This document shows, piece after piece, positions 61,343-64,000 of a stretch of 64,000 nt of DNA. This DNA is from Chlorokybus atmophyticus (lineage: Eukaryota; Plantae; Mesostigma and Chlorokybus algae). Under the pieces are notes generated by a model, which saw nothing but the letters and a program-made list of their open reading frames with translations, was not told the origin of the DNA and did no database searches. Numbering within the stretch: the stretch's first letter is position 1; each line of letters starts with the position of its first letter. The translations under genes and the position numbers were made by a program. The stretch spans positions 1,017,378-1,081,377 of the forward strand of contig RHPI01002069.1 of the NCBI GenBank assembly GCA_009103225.1, written 5' to 3'.

Positions 61343-63519
61343 ACGTACTACAACATACAGCACCACAAGACCTGCACGTGCTGCCCAGTCATGCTGCAAC
61401 ACTCAAAGAAGCCCTGCAGCGTCTACTAGCCAACTACCCAACTGCATTGCCGCAAACCCGCAATGCCAGGTTGCTGATAGCATGCCCGTTTGCGAATGGC
61501 GATGCTGAGGAACTACAGCTACAAAAACTGCTGTCACACCCCTTGCTGCTGGCAACGCTGCCTGCACACCTGCAAGCACGCCTGGGCCAACCACTAGTGG
61601 TATGGCGTTGTAGTCAAACGGTGGGAAGAATGCTGTGCAATCGCACAAGGGAGCTCCTGACATCAACCGCCCTGCAGCAAGTACACATCATGTCGGCTGC
61701 GCAGTGTGTGTGTCAACAACCCAAGTGGAGAACACAGCTGCATGCAGATCTGCATCATGTAGTGAGCTGTGATTACAACCGTGTGACATGCTCGGACGTG
61801 CTGCGCACCATACTGCAGCGTGGGGCCAAGTTTCGGAGCCAGGTGCCGGCTGACGTCGCCGTGTGTTGGCCAGCAATCACATCAGCGGTGTCGAGTTTTG
61901 CAAGTGACCTGGAGGAGAAGTGGGGCCAACCTTTCGTGCTACAACAGTGGGTAACAACATTGTTGTCGCTGGTACGCCAACGTGCGGATGCCATTGCCGC
62001 AATGCCTGAGTACCAGAGACAAAGCCAGGCACCAGATACTGTGGCGCCGTGGGATGCTGCAGCTTTGAAGCTCTTGCACCGTGACTTTATCATTACGGAA
62101 GTTGACAAGTGCACCGGCACTCTGGTGGCGGTCTGCAAGAAACATTATTGGCTGTGCTTGACACAAGAGCTGATGACAGAGACATATGAACGTGAAGATG
62201 CACCAGCCCAAGCAGTGCTGCAACGGCATGCACAATGGAATCAACAGCACAACTACTGTACAGCGAAATTGCGCCAACAGCCCAAGCTACCGCACTTGTA
62301 CCTGTTGTTTAAGCTGCACAAGAATCCGCCTCAGCCGCGCTTCATAGCAGCGGCGCGTGACACTTCGCTGGCGGATGCTAGTGTGTGGCTGAGCAGAGGC
62401 TATCAATGTATGACACCTATTTGGCATCAGCTGTGGGAGGAAGTAGTGGGACTGCCAGCAATACAGCACAACTGGATTATGAAGGATTCAGGCGCTTTTG
62501 GGAGACTGCAAACGGCATTGAACACCACACGCACGCTGCGAGACAAGCGCCAGCATTTGGTACTGCGCACTTTTGACTTCTCCACCCTGTATACACGCAT
62601 ACGGCACAGCGATTTACTCCAGCGCATGCGCCGCTTGGTAGATGCCACGTTTCACATGCAGCACCAAAGGACCCGTGCTACACACTTGCACTTGACCGTG
62701 AAACAAGATGGCTCCGTACAGCACCATTGGACAGCAGCAGCACAGTACCGAACGGATGAGGAGGGCCATTGGCGAACATTCACTGCTGCGTCCATGCATG
62801 AAGTACTGGCGTTTGTGTTGGACAACTTGTTTATACGCACGGCGAGTGATGAGCTGTACAAGCAGCGCGTGGGCATCCCCATGGGCAATAGTGCGGGCGT
62901 ACACTTAGCCAACGGAGACTTGTTAACATATGAGTTGGAGTTTATGCAGCGCTTGCGTCAGCAGGGACACGTACAACTGTTGCAACAATGTGCCAACGGC
63001 ATCTTGCGCTACATTGATGATCTGTTTGTCGTGGGAGTACCAGATTTTCAGCAACTGCTGTACATGGATCCGCATGTGCCCGGAGGAGGCTTGTACCCGC
63101 AAGACAGCCTCACCGTCACACAAACAGCTGTGGGTACAAAACTGCCATTTTTGGACTTGGAGGTGTTTCAAACTGAGGACGGCATCTGCACCAAACTGTA
63201 CAGTAAACGAGACTTGCCAGCCTACTCCGCTATACCGTGCCACCGCGCGCCGTTGCCAACCTCGAACACCCCACGCGCTGTGCAGCTGGGTGTCATCAGC
63301 TCGCAGTATGCGCGCTTCACCCGCGTTTGCACATACAGAGCACACTTCCTCACAGCCATGACGGACTTATTGCACGCCATGCAACATGATGGACACCCTT
63401 TGAACAAGCTGCTGACTACCCTGAGGCAACGCCTACTGCGCAGCAAGGACTATGTTTACTGTACACCACCAATGCTGTTGTACATGATGGTGGTGAAGAA
63501 AGTCAAGCAGCAACCATAA
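61327..63519 (+). CDS. PLE reverse transcriptase, out of frame with the endonuclease by 1 nt
   Basis: EVDKCTG, LPHLYLLFKLHK..PRFIAA, TFDFSTLYT, YKQRVGIPMGNS, RYIDDL, LPFLDL, TKLYSK. Confidence 0.93.
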   Translation: MCKMLNVLQHTAPQDLHVLPSHAATLKEALQRLLANYPTALPQTRNARLLIACPFANGDAEELQLQKLLSHPLLLATLPAHLQARLGQPLVVWRCSQTVGRMLCNRTRELLTSTALQQVHIMSAAQCVCQQPKWRTQLHADLHHVVSCDYNRVTCSDVLRTILQRGAKFRSQVPADVAVCWPAITSAVSSFASDLEEKWGQPFVLQQWVTTLLSLVRQRADAIAAMPEYQRQSQAPDTVAPWDAAALKLLHRDFIITEVDKCTGTLVAVCKKHYWLCLTQELMTETYEREDAPAQAVLQRHAQWNQQHNYCTAKLRQQPKLPHLYLLFKLHKNPPQPRFIAAARDTSLADASVWLSRGYQCMTPIWHQLWEEVVGLPAIQHNWIMKDSGAFGRLQTALNTTRTLRDKRQHLVLRTFDFSTLYTRIRHSDLLQRMRRLVDATFHMQHQRTRATHLHLTVKQDGSVQHHWTAAAQYRTDEEGHWRTFTAASMHEVLAFVLDNLFIRTASDELYKQRVGIPMGNSAGVHLANGDLLTYELEFMQRLRQQGHVQLLQQCANGILRYIDDLFVVGVPDFQQLLYMDPHVPGGGLYPQDSLTVTQTAVGTKLPFLDLEVFQTEDGICTKLYSKRDLPAYSAIPCHRAPLPTSNTPRAVQLGVISSQYARFTRVCTYRAHFLTAMTDLLHAMQHDGHPLNKLLTTLRQRLLRSKDYVYCTPPMLLYMMVVKKVKQQP

Positions 63520-63630
63520 CGCTGACGACACAGTGCATCTGCCGGCGTTACACACTGCTGGACAAGCATCATGCGCGGGGAGCAAGCTGCATGGTAATAG
63601 CAGCTTGCCCGTGCGAAGGACGTGTCACTC

Positions 63631-64000
63631 CAACCCCACCACCCAACCCCACCGCAGCACCTGACTGCCACTGGCACCCCAACCCCTAGCACACTGCACT
63701 GGCAGGACTAGCGGCATTGAACCACTACTGCCCGTGAGGGCGAGTCGCGGCAGGCATGCCAGCAGTAGCATACTGCTGACGTAGGCGATGCAACCCTGGC
63801 TGCGTCAACAGCAGCACGTAGTGCAAGGAGCGCACGTACTGCAAGCAGGGAGGCGGCAGGAAAGAGGCGGAGAGAGAGGGAGACAGAGAAGGGGGAGTCC
63901 GTCTGCTGTCTGCTACTGCTACCGCTCAGCCTCACCCGGTGCCTAACTGTTTGAATCGCCATTGTGTACAGGTAACTACGCATGCATGTTGACTAACGGG
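63631..64000 (+). repeat. 3' pseudo-LTR copy, truncated by the window edge
   Basis: Matches 59860-60229 except one G>A and ATG>ATT. Confidence 0.92.

Larger units (their letters stand above)
59847..64000 (+). mobile_element. Penelope-like retroelement with N-terminal GIY-YIG (Naiad/Chlamys type); extends beyond the window
   Basis: GIY-YIG ORF followed by a PLE-type RT ORF, bracketed by direct repeats 59860-60229 and 63631-64000 that differ at two positions I could see. Confidence 0.9.

Noticed and set aside
63520-63630. SECIS-like stem in the PLE 3' UTR (some Naiads are selenoproteins)
   Set aside because: No ATGA/GA quartet at the stem base and no in-frame TGA in either ORF.

Overview
Gene-dense eukaryotic DNA with short GT-AG introns, most likely from a flagellated green alga. 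Evidence for that: CDKB with PSTALRE, plastid ClpR4, PACRG and centrin, TGTAA-type poly(A) signals and telo-boxes. I can support about 16 multi-exon genes, many in head-to-head pairs. In order: a coiled-coil protein, a small unknown protein, a DnaJ/thioredoxin-fold protein, an Aha1 C-domain gene that appears spliced in frame to a conserved Viridiplantae protein, a Kelch protein, a DUF3245-like protein, a GRG-rich mitochondrial-type protein, PP2C, CDKB1, a bacterial-type radical SAM enzyme, a protein with two PAN/Apple-like domains, a KELP-like protein with a duplicated PC4 module, a NUMOD3 protein, ClpR4, PACRG and centrin. Mobile DNA: an AT-rich island (about 17.4-21 kb) holding two MITEs, and a young Penelope-like retroelement at the right end (59847 to beyond 64000). 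The retroelement has GIY-YIG before RT (Naiad/Chlamys type), about 370-bp near-identical direct repeats and a 1-nt frameshift. A diverged non-coding relative of its terminal repeat lies at about 23.7-24.2 kb. No rRNA, tRNA or CRISPR array is supportable. Exon boundaries were read by eye and family calls are from memory, not from database searches.
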